From: Chiloscyllium plagiosum
Lineage: Eukaryota
DNA: 37,711 bases
Direction: 5' to 3'
NCBI RefSeq assembly: GCF_004010195.1
Contig: NC_057718.1
Coordinates: 54,103,189 to 54,140,899, forward strand
Notes under the pieces: generated by a model
What the model saw: only the letters and a program-made list of their open reading frames with translations
Told to the model about the DNA's origin: nothing
The model's database searches: none
Made by a program: the position numbers and the translations under genes
Shown here: positions 23,245 through 34,925 of the stretch, piece by piece
Numbering within the stretch: position 1 is the first letter of the stretch
Layout of the letters: the number at the start of each line of letters is the position of its first letter

Positions 23245-23522
23245 CTGCTGCCTCACAGCGCCAGAGACCCGGGTTCAATTCCCGCCTCAGGCGACTGACT
23301 GTGTGGAGTTTGCACATTCTCCCCATGTCTGCGTGGGTTTCCTCTGGGTGCTCCGGTTTCCTCCCACAGTCCAAATATGTGCAGGTAAGGTGAATTGGCC
23401 ATGCTAAATTTCCCGTAGTGTTAGGTAAGGGGTAAATATAGGGGTATGGGTGGGTTGCGCTTCGGCGGGTCGGTGTGGACTTGTTGGGCCGAAGGGCCTG
23501 TTTCCACACTGTAGTGTAATCT
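23245..23522 (+). mobile_element. HE1-type SINE lacking the A-box end
   Basis: ctgctgcctcacagcgccagagacccgggttcaattccc...gggccgaagggcctgtttccacactgtagtgtaatct; CpGs are retained, suggesting a young copy. Confidence 0.95.
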
Positions 23523-23764
23523 TTATAGCTGTCAATGTCCAGGGATACTTGTAACTTCACAGTCAGTCAGTTGTGAAGGTTCAGTGCTAGGATTTTTTTG
23601 ACGAATACTCGAGCCATTCTTGAACGTCCCATGTGATCTCTTGAAACTCCTACGTTCTCTCTTTCCTCATGTTTAAAATATCCTATTGGCCTTCCAAAAT
23701 ATCTACTGCATGGTGACCCTCAAAATGCATAACAACAGAAATTACTGCTCCAAGAAATCAAGGA

Positions 23765-24602
23765 AATCAGATGAGCCAATGGGCTGAGGAGTGGCAGATG
23801 GAGTTTAATTTAGATAAATGTGAGGTGTTTCATTTTGATAAGGCAAATCAGGGCAGGTCATATATTTAATAGTACAGTCCTGGGGAGAATTGCTGAACAA
23901 AGAGACCTTGAAATGCAGGTTCATAATTCCTTGAAAGTGGAGTCACAGGTAGACAGAATAATGAAGAAAGCATTTGATACACTTGCCTATAATGGTCAGT
24001 GCATTGAGTAGAGGAGTTGGGTTGTCATGTTGCGGCTGTCCAGGACTTTGCTTTTTAGACCACTTTTGGAATATTGTGCTCAATTCTGCTATAGGAAGGA
24101 TATCGTGAAACTTGAAAGGATTCAGAAAATATTTACAAGCATGTTACCAGGGTTGAAGAGTTTGAGCTACAGGGAGAGGCTGAATAGACAGGAGCTATTT
24201 TCCCTGGAGTATCAGAGGTTGAGGGACGACCTTATAAAGGTTTATAAAACCATGAGGGGTACGGATAGGGTGAATAGCCAAGGTAATTTTCAGAGTGGAG
24301 GAGTCCAAAAGTAGAGGGCATGGGTTTAAGGTGAGAAGTGAAAGATATAAAAGGAACTTGAGGGGCAACTTTTTCACTCAGACAACAGTGCGTGCATGGA
24401 ATGAGCTGCCAGCAAAAGCGGTGGAGGGGGGTACAATTACAATATTTAAAAGGCATCTTGAGGAGTACATGAATAGGAAGGTTTAGAGGGATATCGGCTA
24501 AATGCTGGAAAACAGGACTATATTAATTTAGGATATCTTATCAGCCAGATGAGTTGGACCAAAGGGTCTGTTTCCATGCTGTACATCTCAATGACTCTAT
24601 GT
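23765..24602 (+). mobile_element. CR1 (HER1-like) 5'-truncated copy
   Basis: Encodes WAEEWQMEFN, EQRDLEMQVHNSLKV, RPLLEYCAQF, YRERLNR and NFFTQ..VRAWNELP; colinear with 30280-31218. Confidence 0.95.
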
Positions 24603-24961
24603 CAACATTCACCCATCTCCATAGCCACCTCAAAACTGCATCCAGAGAGAGTAGGCTGACTCTGTCTTGTTTGAATTCCTCAGAAAGACTATATGGTGGG
24701 CAGGGAACCTTTTGAAGGAAATTGATCTGCCCTCAAGGAGTATAACAGGCCATTAACTGAAGGCTGGCATCTTCTGAACTCCTAGCCCCTACGTTCATTT
24801 TGAAAATTGGAGGCACTGATTACTGAGATGCCTTTAAGTGGTGGTAAAGCAGTACTAGTTTTATTCCAACTTGCTCAGTCGATTGGAATTCTCGGCCAAA
24901 GTATTAACGTTGGCTGCTGAACCATGCATTTTTAGCTATATTTGTGTATCTACTCTGTGTT

Positions 24962-25160
24962 ATAGGTTGGGTAGCACGGTTGGTTGGATGTCTGGTTTGC
25001 GATGTAGAGTAATGCTGCAGCTGAGGTTGCCATGATGGCGCCTTCTTGTCAACCTCACCCCTTGCCTGAGGCATGGGTGACCCTCAAGTTAAACCTCTCC
25101 AATTATCTTTCTATAATGGGGGAGCAGCCCTGTGGTCCTCTGGGGCTATGACAATTTTCT
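24962..25160 (+). mobile_element. Decayed tRNA-derived SINE of another family
   Basis: ggttgggtagcacggttggttggatgtctggtttgcgatg...gctgaggttgccatga...ccccttgcctgaggcatgggtgaccctcaagttaaacc...gagcagccctgtggtcctctggggctatg; recognised from memory of shark repeats. Confidence 0.5.
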
Positions 25161-26087
25161 GTATGTCATGCACAGGGAAGGAACAGGTTTACTGAAATCC
25201 CTGTTCCCTTCCCTTCTGTCCATAATCATAGTAGATTTTGTATTTCAAAACTTCCATTTGTATGTTGTCAATGTAACAGTCACTGGCATCAATCTTTCTA
25301 AAAATAGTTTAAATATAGAGGGTTTAAATATAGAGCATTATTATTTACATGCTAACACCAAAACAGCTGAAATACTATCAGTCACACAGTACTGAGTTAT
25401 GGAAGACTCAGTGTTTACTTTTTAAGTTTTACACAAACAGAAGTGAACAGTTCACGTCTGTTTCAGAATCGAGTAAAGAAGTTATAAGTTTTTTTCACTG
25501 TGGAATTATTGTTCAGCTAAATTCAGATAGCTCAGAGAAAGCACCAGCAAGGCTGCCTCTAGCAGCCTAGGTACAGACACCTCGGGGTGGGGGGTGGGGG
25601 GGAGGGTAGGTGGGGGGGATAGTTACATAGACTGGATTCAGAAGTATCTGCTGGTAAGAACTTCTCTGCTACGACTTTTCAACTGATTGAGAAAAGAATG
25701 CCCCAGATCATTGGTACTCAGGGGATTGTTGGAGACCAGGCACCTCTTTAACCCCAATCAGGAGAGGACCACCATGGTATCAGCAGTTAAGATCTTACCC
25801 AATCGACTTCATGTGCCACAGACCCCTGAGCAAAGGCCTGCTGACAACTATGACAAGCTTTGATGTTTTGTGCTTGCATTAAAGGACAGGACAAGAGAGG
25901 CAACAATATAAGCCTGGTATTGCTGGTTGAGGTGAAAGAAAGCAAGTCAAAGTCATGCATGGTGGGTGCATCCTGGATGGTATGAGCATCAGATAGGGTC
26001 AAAGTGGGTGAGTGATCAAAGTGTCAAGAGATGCAGTCTCATCTGTTCCATGAGTGAGGGGCATAGATAGGATAGATAGACAAGGGA

Positions 26088-26330
26088 GACTTAATGGGCA
26101 ACTTTTTCACACAGAGGGTGGTATGTGTGTGGAATGAGCTGCCAGAGGAAGTAGTGGAGGCTGATACAATTGCAACATTTAAAAGGCATCTGGATGGGTT
26201 TATGAATAGGAAGGGTTTGTAGAAATATGGGGCGGATGCTGGCAGGTGGGACTAGATTGGGTTGGGATATCTCGTTGGCATGGACAAATTGGACCGAAGG
26301 GTCTGTTTCCATGCTGTACATCTCCATGAG
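26088..26330 (+). mobile_element. CR1 (HER1-like) 3' end
   Basis: gggcaactttttcacacagagggtgg...ggaatgagctgccagagg...ggaccgaagggtctgtttccatgctgtacatctccatga. Confidence 0.92.
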
Positions 26331-26874
26331 CTAAGTGAGATTCCTGAGTGGACAGTGTCCTTGCTGCAGTATTACAATGATAGTTTGCAGTACAACCCAT
26401 GATTCAGCATTGATATGCAGACACACAGAAGCGACCTGTAAGTAAATCAGAGATGTTCCATGAAAGTTTTTGAGGATGGCACATTTCCATGGATATGGGG
26501 TACATGTAGCAAGTACCCATTAGAACATGCTCTGAAAAGAGCCCAGCTTCTTTCGAATCAAGCTGCAAGTTGAATCCACTAGATGCCCTGTCTGGTTTCC
26601 TTTTCAGGTTTCCTGACGCCGAACATGTTTGGTGAGTTTGTTATAAAACAGGAGTCTGAACCTTCATGAGATGAGTTGTGGCATTAACAAGGCACATAAC
26701 AACAATAAGTGTCAACTGGCATCTCGCCACTCCCTGGTGAGAACATCCGCATATGCACTTGTGAAAAGCATTAAAGATAAAGAAAGATGATCTCAATGTT
26801 GAGCTGTGCCTTGCTGCACTTGTCACCAAATTCTACCACAATCTCATCATGGCTTACATCACGCAGACCCCTAA

Positions 26875-27250
26875 AAGATTCTGACCTCTGCCTTGAGTTA
26901 CAAAGCTCAGCATCCATTATGCTTTTTATATGTTCTCAATCTTCCCTTCAAAGAAAATAAACTTCACATCTTCCAGTTTCTAAAGCCATGTTAAAATTAT
27001 ATTATTTACCTCTTCTCATCCTTCCTTCAAAACGTATCAGTTCACTGTTTAGTGCCATAAATTTCATGGACCACACATTCACCATTTCCACCAATCTGTT
27101 TAACACCTTTTGATGCCTGCCACTCTCTTCTTCATAGTTCACATCATTTACAAGTGATGTGTCATCTGCAAGTTTTGAAATTGTGCTCTGTATACCCAAT
27201 TCTATCTCACTAGTATACATTTTTAAAACAATCAGTAATGAGAAATGATA
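26875..27250 (-). mobile_element. Old CR1 RT fragment
   Basis: ORF 27002-27298 contains ISKLADDTSLVNDVNYEEESGRHQKVLNRLVEMVNVWSMKF (RT xADD region). Confidence 0.8.
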
Positions 27251-27851
27251 TTTGTGCATCACAAATTTATAACCTTCTCCTGTCTGAAATGCAACCAATC
27301 ACTACAGTTGCCTGTTCCTGTCAGGAACAAAGTCAGGTTTGTATCTGTAACTCTATTGATCTGGACTATCTTTTCTGGCAAGTTATTATTTTATCAACAT
27401 CTTTTCGATGCCCATGGATATTTTGGATGGAATCATACAAGGGGATAATCAAAATGGGCAATGGCGAGATGTATGGCAGAATCAACTAGGAAGCCTGGTA
27501 AGACCATCTTGCATTGAGAGCAACTCACACCATCTTTTAAGCTTTACGGCAATCATGTGGTGAGATTATTGCTTGGCAGTGGGGAGTTGCCAATTGATGG
27601 GAATTAATACTCATTAAACACCTTGTTGACAGCCCAACTCATTTCATCAATATTCGCCTCACAAACATAATAACCTACCAGTTGCATGATTACGTCCTCA
27701 TTCCATATGATTTTGGCAGCATCTTTGTCAAAGACAGATGTAAAGTATTTATTTAGAACCCAATTTATGCTCTCTGCTTCTCTGCATAGACCTCATGTAT
27801 AGTTGTCCGTCGACCCCCCTAAGAAGGAAAAACATAGTAAAACTACACATG

Positions 27852-27919
27852 TACTGTTGGACTATAACCTGTGATTTTTAACTTTGTCCACCCCAGTCCA
27901 ACACTGGCACTTCCACATG
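27852..27919 (+). mobile_element. Penelope-like terminal fragment
   Basis: ctgttggactataacctgtgatttttaactttgtccaccccagtccaacactggcacttccacat corresponds to the reverse complement of the left arm at 4873-4950. Confidence 0.75.
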
Positions 27920-29593
27920 ATATGTATGTGCTGACTGAAAATCTTTTAGATTCCTCTTTATGGTCATTGCTAATCACTTCTCATGCTTTCTCTTTGCCTC
28001 ACTTTGTTATTTTTTTCACTTTCTGAATATTGGGCAACCAGGACATCACTTTGTATTATCAACCTGACATCTGCCATACACATTTCTTCTGCCATCTCTT
28101 TCTGTCTAGATCTTTCACCGTCTCGTGATCTTTGCCTTTGGTTATTGCACATTTCCCCTTCGTGAACATGCACATCAATCAAACTCAAACCATATCCTTT
28201 CTCAAGATGTACCACTGTTACATGACAGTTTTGTCTTTCAATATTTATTCCGATTTACTTGGCAGAGGAGATGACACCAAAATTAGTTCTCAACTAAATA
28301 CATTAAATCCAGCTTCATCCTAGTATTTTCAATTACAATCTTTTCCTTCTCTGTGCACATTTGGGAAAAGTTAAAGCTCTGGATTTTAAAAAATTCAACA
28401 CTCATGAAGAACTTCACAAAAGTGCTGCTGCTGTGATAAGAATATAATTATGCCACAGCTCATCCAGGAGTGAATCAAGTAGATTCATTCTCCCCATATT
28501 GCAGACTTTGCTGAAAATGAAGAAAGGTGCATTACTGTACTGAAGGAGGATATTCCCGAAAATACATCCTGGGAAGTTATTTGGATGGAACTGAGGAATA
28601 AGAAAGGGATGATCACCTTATAGTGATTGTATTATAGACCCCTAACAGTCAGCAGGAAATTGAGAAACAAACTTGTAAGGAGATCTGTTATTTGGGTGAA
28701 TAATAGGGTAGTTATGGTAGCAGATTTTAACTTTCCAAACATACACTGGGACTGCCATAGTGTTAAGCATTTAGATGGAGAGGAATTTGTGAAGCGTGTA
28801 CGAGAACATTTTCTGATTCAATATACAGGGCAGATGACTGAGGTGTCAGTAGGGGAGCACTTTGGGGCCAGCGACCATAATTCTGCTAGATTTAAAATAA
28901 TGATGGAAAAGGATAGACCAGATCTAAACGTTGAAGTTCTAAATTGGAGAAGGGCCAATTTTGATGGTATTAGGCAAGAACTTTCAAAAACTGATTGGGA
29001 GCAGATGTTCGCAGGTAAAGGGACGACTGGAAAATGAGAAGCCTTCAGAAATGAGTCCAGAGAAAGTATATTCCTGTTAGGATGAAAGGAAAGACTGGTA
29101 GGTATAGGAAATGCTAGATGACTAAAGAAATTGAGGGTTTGGTTAAGAAAAAGAAGGAAGCATATGTCAGGTATAGATAGGATAGATCGAGTGAATCTAT
29201 AGAGGAGCATAAAGGCAGTAGGAGTATACTTAAGAGGGAAAATAGGAGGGCAAAAAGAGGACATGAGATAGCTTTGGCAAATAGAGCTAAGGAGAATCCA
29301 AAGAGTTTTTACAAATACATTAAGGACAAAAGTGTAACTGGGGAGAGATTAGCAACCCTCAAAGATCAACAAGGCGGCCTTCGTGTAGAGCAACAGGAGA
29401 TGGGGGAGATAATAAACAAGTATTCTGCATCACTATTTACTGTGGAGAATGACATGGAAGATATAGAATGTTGGGAAATAGATGGTGACATCTTAAGAAA
29501 TGTCCATATTACAGAGGAGGAAGTGCTGGATGTCTTGAAAAACTTTAGAGCGAATACATCCCCAGGACCTGATCAGGTATACCCTAGGACTCT

Positions 29594-30550
29594 GTGGGAA
29601 TGAGGGAAGTGATTGCTGGGCCTCTTGTTGAGATATTTGTACCATCAATAGTCACAGGTGAGGTGCTGGAAGACTGGAGGTTCGCTAACGTGAAGCCACT
29701 ATTTAAGAAAAGTGGTAAGGACAAGCCAGGGAACAATAGACCAGTGAGCCTTACGTCAGTGGTGGGCAAGTTGTTGGAGGAAATCCTGAGGGACAGGATT
29801 TGCATATATTTGGAAAGGCAAGGACTGATTCGGGATAGTCAACATGGCTTTGTGTGTGGGAAATCATGTCTCACAAACTTGATTAAGATTTTTGGAAAAG
29901 TAACAAAGGGGATTGATGAGGGCAAAGTGGTAGACATGATCTATATGGACTTCAGTAAGGCACTCCACAAGGTTCCCCATGGGAGACTGATTAGCAAGCT
30001 TACATCTCATGGAATACAGGGAGAACTAGCCATTTGGATAGAGAACTGGCTGAAAGGTAGAAGACAGATGGTGGTGTTGGAGGATTGTTTTTTAGACTGG
30101 AGGCCTGTGACCAGTGGAGTGCCACAAGGATCAGTGCTGGGTCCACTACTTTTCGTCATTTATATAAATGATATAAATGCGAGCATAAGAGGTACAGTTG
30201 GTAAGTTTGCAGATGACACCAAATTTGGAGGTGTAGTGGACAGCGAAGAAGGTTACCGCCGATTAAAATGGGATCTTGATCAGATGGGCCAATGGGCTGA
30301 GGAATGGATGATGGAGTTTAATTTAGATAAATGCAAGGTGCTGCATTTTGGTAAAGCAAATCTTCACAGGACTTATACACATAATGGTAAGGTCCTAGGA
30401 AGTGTCGCTGAACAAAGAGACCTTAGAGTGCAGGTTCATAGCTCCTTGAAAGTAGAGTTGCAGGTAGATAGGATAGTGAAGAAGGCGTTTGACATGCTTT
30501 CCTTTATTGGTTATAGTAGTGAGTACAGGAGTTGGGAGGTCACGTTGTGA
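29594..30550 (+). pseudogene. CR1 ORF2 reverse transcriptase domain (open 318-codon fragment)
   Basis: RPVSLTSVVGKLLE, QHGF, SCLTNL, YMDFSKA, SGVPQGSVLGPLLF, KFADDTK; bounded by frameshifts and a stop, so not an autonomous gene. Confidence 0.92.
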
Positions 30551-30777
30551 TATTGGTTAGGCCACTGTTGGAATATTGGGTGTAATTCTGGTCTCCTTCC
30601 TATCGGAAAGATGTTGTGAAACTTGAAAGGGTTCAGAAAAGATTTACAAGGATGTTTCCAGGGTTGGAGGATTTGAGCTATAGGGAGAGGTTGAATAGGC
30701 TGGGGTTGTTTTCTCTGGAGCGTCAGAGGCTGAGGGATGACCTTACAGAGGTTTATAAAATCATAAGGGATATTGCT

Positions 30778-30985
30778 AGGGTAAATAGACAAGGTCTTTT
30801 CCCTGGGGTTGGGGAGTCCAGAACTAGAGGGCATAGCTTTAGGGTGAAAGAGGAAAGATATAAAAGGACCTAAATGGCAACAGGGTAAATAGACAAGGTC
30901 TTTTCCCTGGGGTGGGGGAGTCCAGAACTAGAGGGCATAGCTTTACGGTGAAAGAGGAAAGATATAAAAGGACCTAAATGGCAAC
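30778..30985 (+). repeat. 104-bp tandem duplication inside the CR1 3' region
   Basis: agggtaaatagacaagg...taaatggcaac at 30778-30881 and 30882-30985; two mismatches seen. Confidence 0.95.
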
Positions 30986-31264
30986 TGTTTCACGCAGAGG
31001 GTGGTGCATGTTTGGAATGGGCTACCAGAGGAAGTCCTGGAGGCTGGTACAATTGCAACATTTAAAAGGCATCTGGATGGGTATATGAATAGGAAGGTTT
31101 TGGAGGGATATGGGCAGGGTGGGACTAGATTGGTTTGGGATATCTGGTCGGCATGGACAAGTTGGACCTAAGGGTCTGTTCTCATGCTGTGCATCTCTTT
31201 GACTCTGTGACACTATGAGTTTCCTATTGCTCCAAGAGTTAGAGTTTTCCCTTCAGTAATTAGC

Positions 31265-31590
31265 AATGTGGAGAGCTGAGGGCCTTGTGATTTATCATTA
31301 AGCTATTAATCCAGAAGCCCAGGTTATGTTCTGGGGACCTGGCTTTGAATGCTGGAATAGTGAAATTTTAATTTCAGATTTTTAAAAAAATGTTGAATTC
31401 AGAGTTTAATGATAAACACAAAACCCATTGCCAATTTTCGGAAAAAAAACACATCTGGTTCACGAGTGTCCTTTAGAGAAAGAAACTGTCATCCTTGCCT
31501 GCTCTGGCCCCAATGTGACTCCAGACCCACAACAATATGGTTGATTCTTAACTGACCATTGGGAAATAAATACTGGCCAATCATGCACAT
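31265..31590 (+). mobile_element. SINE-like element with a tail related to the 10640-12590 LINE
   Basis: catctggttcacgagtgtcctttagagaaagaaactgtcatccttgcc...gtgactccagacccacaacaatatggttgattcttaactg...gggaaataaatactggcc. Confidence 0.6.
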
Positions 31591-31606
31591 AATTTTAAAA
31601 ATGTAT

Positions 31607-32890
31607 TCACAAGCTAAATACTATTTCTGTACTCTTGTCAACTTGAGATTGCCTCCCTGTAAACAATAATATCTCAGGACCTCTTACGGAAAGTAAGATC
31701 TCACCATCTTCAATAGAATATAATTGAATATTTAAGGTCATTAGACTCTTGGTCACTTTCATCAGGACAGGGATATATGAGAAACTCTTCCATAGTTTCT
31801 GAGCCCCAAATTTCATTGAAAGTTCCCCATTAGTATTAGGCATTTCCTCTATAAGTGCAAAACTGGTCATAGGAAGCTCACTTCATTTTGGTGCTTCTTT
31901 AGTTACTTGCTCTGAGACTAACATGTTCCACTGATGCTCATTTGATCTCTTCAAATGCAAATACCATTTCAAAACACATCTACTGCAATGTGTTCATGTT
32001 CTCCTGCTCCAACATTTTGAATGTGAGATCACCTCTCACTTGAGAGTGCTGTGTGACTGCTATTTCTTGTGAAATCATGTTCCCCTTGTACATGTTCTAG
32101 ACAATCGTGTTGTGAAACAGAGTGTCGATTTTCTGGAGAAATCCTCTTAACTAGAACCTCTTGCTGCATACATAGCTTTTCAGTGATTGCTGAAAAGTTC
32201 ACACAATTTGGTTGAGGACATATGTGATACAGAATGCTTTTGATTTGCTCGGCTAAGCCATGAAGTGACGATATGCACACCGCCTTGTGGATAGGTTATT
32301 TGCGGCAGTTTCTCTCTTCTGCTAATTCTTTTCTATTTCTTGTTGCACTGAGTATTGATACAGCAGCAGTAGCACTTTGCAATTGTACTCTCTGAAGACT
32401 GCAGTCTGTTGTCAACTCTTCACATATAGGAGGATGGTGCAATCTATTAATTTCTTCCTTCAAACTACATTCTGGTTCAGTTACTTATCCTGCAGCACTT
32501 TCCACAGTATAACTCCTGTATAGATCTAGTACTAGTTTTTTATGTAGTCCTTTTCCTCAAACGTTTGCCAGTCAAGTGTGCTTCTAAGTTTCTTGTTTAG
32601 AACCTAGATTTTCTTAGTAGTCTTCTGGTAATGCCCAGGATCTTTTCAATAATATGCTGATCCTCCCCAGCAGAGATATCTGGGTTATCACTGGCATCAT
32701 CTACAGTGACTTCAAAAAGCAAAACAGGACATAAGAGCTCCTCCACCAATAAATCAGCACCAATAATAGAATCTTCATTCCCTTCTACACTTTCCTGAAA
32801 GAGGAAATTAAAGGTTAGCACGTTATCTTGAAGCTAATTCCCTTCATCTTTGGTGAACTACTTTTCTGCTTCATCTAGTTTCTCCTCAGG
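31607..32890 (-). pseudogene. Decayed coding-like segment of unknown origin (acidic, low-complexity protein)
   Basis: Three same-strand ORF pieces; a single frame from 32556 to 31972 (195 codons) has only 3 stops; no repeat family recognised. Confidence 0.4.
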
Positions 32891-32899
32891 AAATAGAAG

Positions 32900-33845
32900 A
32901 ATTACAATATCTCTTGATATTCTCTGCTCCAAGGAGAAATAGCCCAATTTCTCTGATCTTTCCTTATATCTAAAATCCTTCATTCCTGGTATCATTCTGG
33001 TAAATTTCCTTTGAAATCTCTGTAGCACTTTAACATTCTTCCTTCAATATGTTGCCCAGAATGGAACATAATGCTCCAAATGAGGTCTGATCAATGATTT
33101 TTAGAGGAATAACATCATTTTCTTGCTTTATCACTTCATGCCTCTATTTATAAATACAACGATTCAATAAACCTTCTTAGTAATTGTTTCAACTCGCCTG
33201 GTCTCTTGCAAAGAATTATGTACATGAACACGGAGGACATTCTGTTCCTGTGCTGCCCTCAATGCTGCACCATTGAGCCTGTACTGATTGTCTCACCACG
33301 TTTCTTCTGCCAAAATGCATGACCTTATCTTTCTCTGCACTATCCTCACAGGTGTAGTATCATCTGCAAATTTAGAGGTTTTGCCCTGAACATTCATCTC
33401 CAAATCTTATATATAAATCAGAAAAAGCAAGGGTTGCGACATAGATCCCTGGGGGACACTGCTTTCAACTTGTCTTCAATCTGAGAAATGCCCATCTACT
33501 TATCTTTTAGCCAACCTGTATTCCATGTTGCCAAAGATCTATCAGTCCCAAACATTTTCTAATTTGCTAACCACCTTGTTATTTGCCAACATATCAAATA
33601 TTTTCTGAAGTCCAAATATATGACATCCACAACACCACCTTCATCTACTGCCAGTGTCACCTCATCAAAGAACTCAATCAAATTTGTCAGACATTACCTG
33701 CCCTTAACAAAGCCATGTTCAATGTCTAGTACTAACGTATTTTTCTCTAAGTGTATATTTACCTCATCGTGTATTATGACCTTCAACAGCTTTCCCTCTA
33801 TTGGTATCATGCTGACAGGTCTGTAGTTTCCTCAGTTATCCTGTG
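32900..33845 (-). mobile_element. Old CR1 RT fragment
   Basis: Minus strand carries RPVSMIPI (~33800), VPQGS (~33445-33460) and KFADDT (~33355-33372); heavily decayed. Confidence 0.8.
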
Positions 33846-33929
33846 CCTCTTTCTCAAACAATGTTCAGAGGGGCCTGGAAAATTTCTGTCAAATTCCTCT
33901 GCTTCTCAGCTTTAAGTGAGTATTCTCTA

Positions 33930-34270
33930 ACTATGTCCCCTTGTTTGACACGTCCCCCACTAATGGAAACATCTTCTAAACATCTACACTGTCAATTACC
34001 CTTAGAGTTTTGTATGTTTCAATAAGATTACCCCTCATTCTTCTAAACTCCAATAGACAAAGACCTAACTGTTTAGCCATTCTTGATAAATCAACCCTTT
34101 CATTCCAGGAATCAGTTCTTGAGAAAAGCCTCCAATCCGAGTATATCCTTTTCTTAAATAAGGTGACCAAAACTATACACAATACTCTAGGTGCAGCCTT
34201 ACCAACACCAAAACCAACAGGTTGTAACAAGGCTTTCTTGTTTTTAACCTCCAACCCTATGAAAACATTG
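33930..34270 (-). mobile_element. Old CR1 C-terminal fragment
   Basis: ORF 33976-34254 ends LGLCLLEFRRMRGNLIETYKTLRVIDSVDV. Confidence 0.8.
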
Positions 34271-34524
34271 TACCACTTATAATCCCTTCCTTCACCAAGT
34301 TCACTGAATCAGAATCTCTGCTCCAGGGTTGTGCTGTCACTGTGTTTGTCTCTCCAATTTCCCAAGATCAAACCAATACTGTTTTACTTGAAATCTGTTG
34401 GGTTTACGTCAACAATCCCATGCCCTCACTGCCTGGCTCAAAGTGCTACTCTTATACCCCTCAGGTTCCAGCCGCTATCCTCTTGCCTTGTGTTTTACTT
34501 ACGGCTTGATGTGTATGTCACAAA

Positions 34525-34925
34525 TTATCAAAGAGTAACACAGCGTAGAAACAGACCCTTTGGTCCAACTAGTCCAAATTAAACTAGTACCACTTGCCTG
34601 CATTTGGCCCATGAAACCTTTCCTACTTATGAACTTATCCAAATGTCTTTCAAATGTTGTAACTGTACCTGCAGTTCATTCCACACACGAACCACTCTGC
34701 GGAAAAAAGTTGCCCCTCATGTCCTTTTTAAAACTTTCTCCTCTCACCTTAAGAATCAGCCACCCAATTTTGAACTCCACCCCCTCCCCACCTTGGAAAA
34801 AGACGCCTGACATCCACTGTACCTCTGCCTCCCATCATTCTATTACCTCCACAAGACCATCCCTCAACCTCCCACACTCTAGCGAGAAAAGTTTCAGACC
34901 ATCCAGCCTATCTTCACAACTCATC
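34525..34925 (-). mobile_element. CR1 (HER1-like) 3' fragment
   Basis: agagtaacacagcgtagaaacagaccctttggtccaac...caaatgtctttcaaatgttgtaactgtacc...aaaagttgcccctca. Confidence 0.85.

Larger units (their letters stand above)
28530..31218 (+). mobile_element. Long 5'-truncated CR1 (HER1-like) LINE: APE endonuclease remnant, RT and 3'UTR
   Basis: EN motifs YYRP, ADFNFPNIHW and SDHN; SPGPDQVYPR; RT ORF 29594-30550; C-terminal YRERLNRLGLFSLE; tail ctctttgactctgtgacactatga. Multiple stops and frameshifts. Confidence 0.97.
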
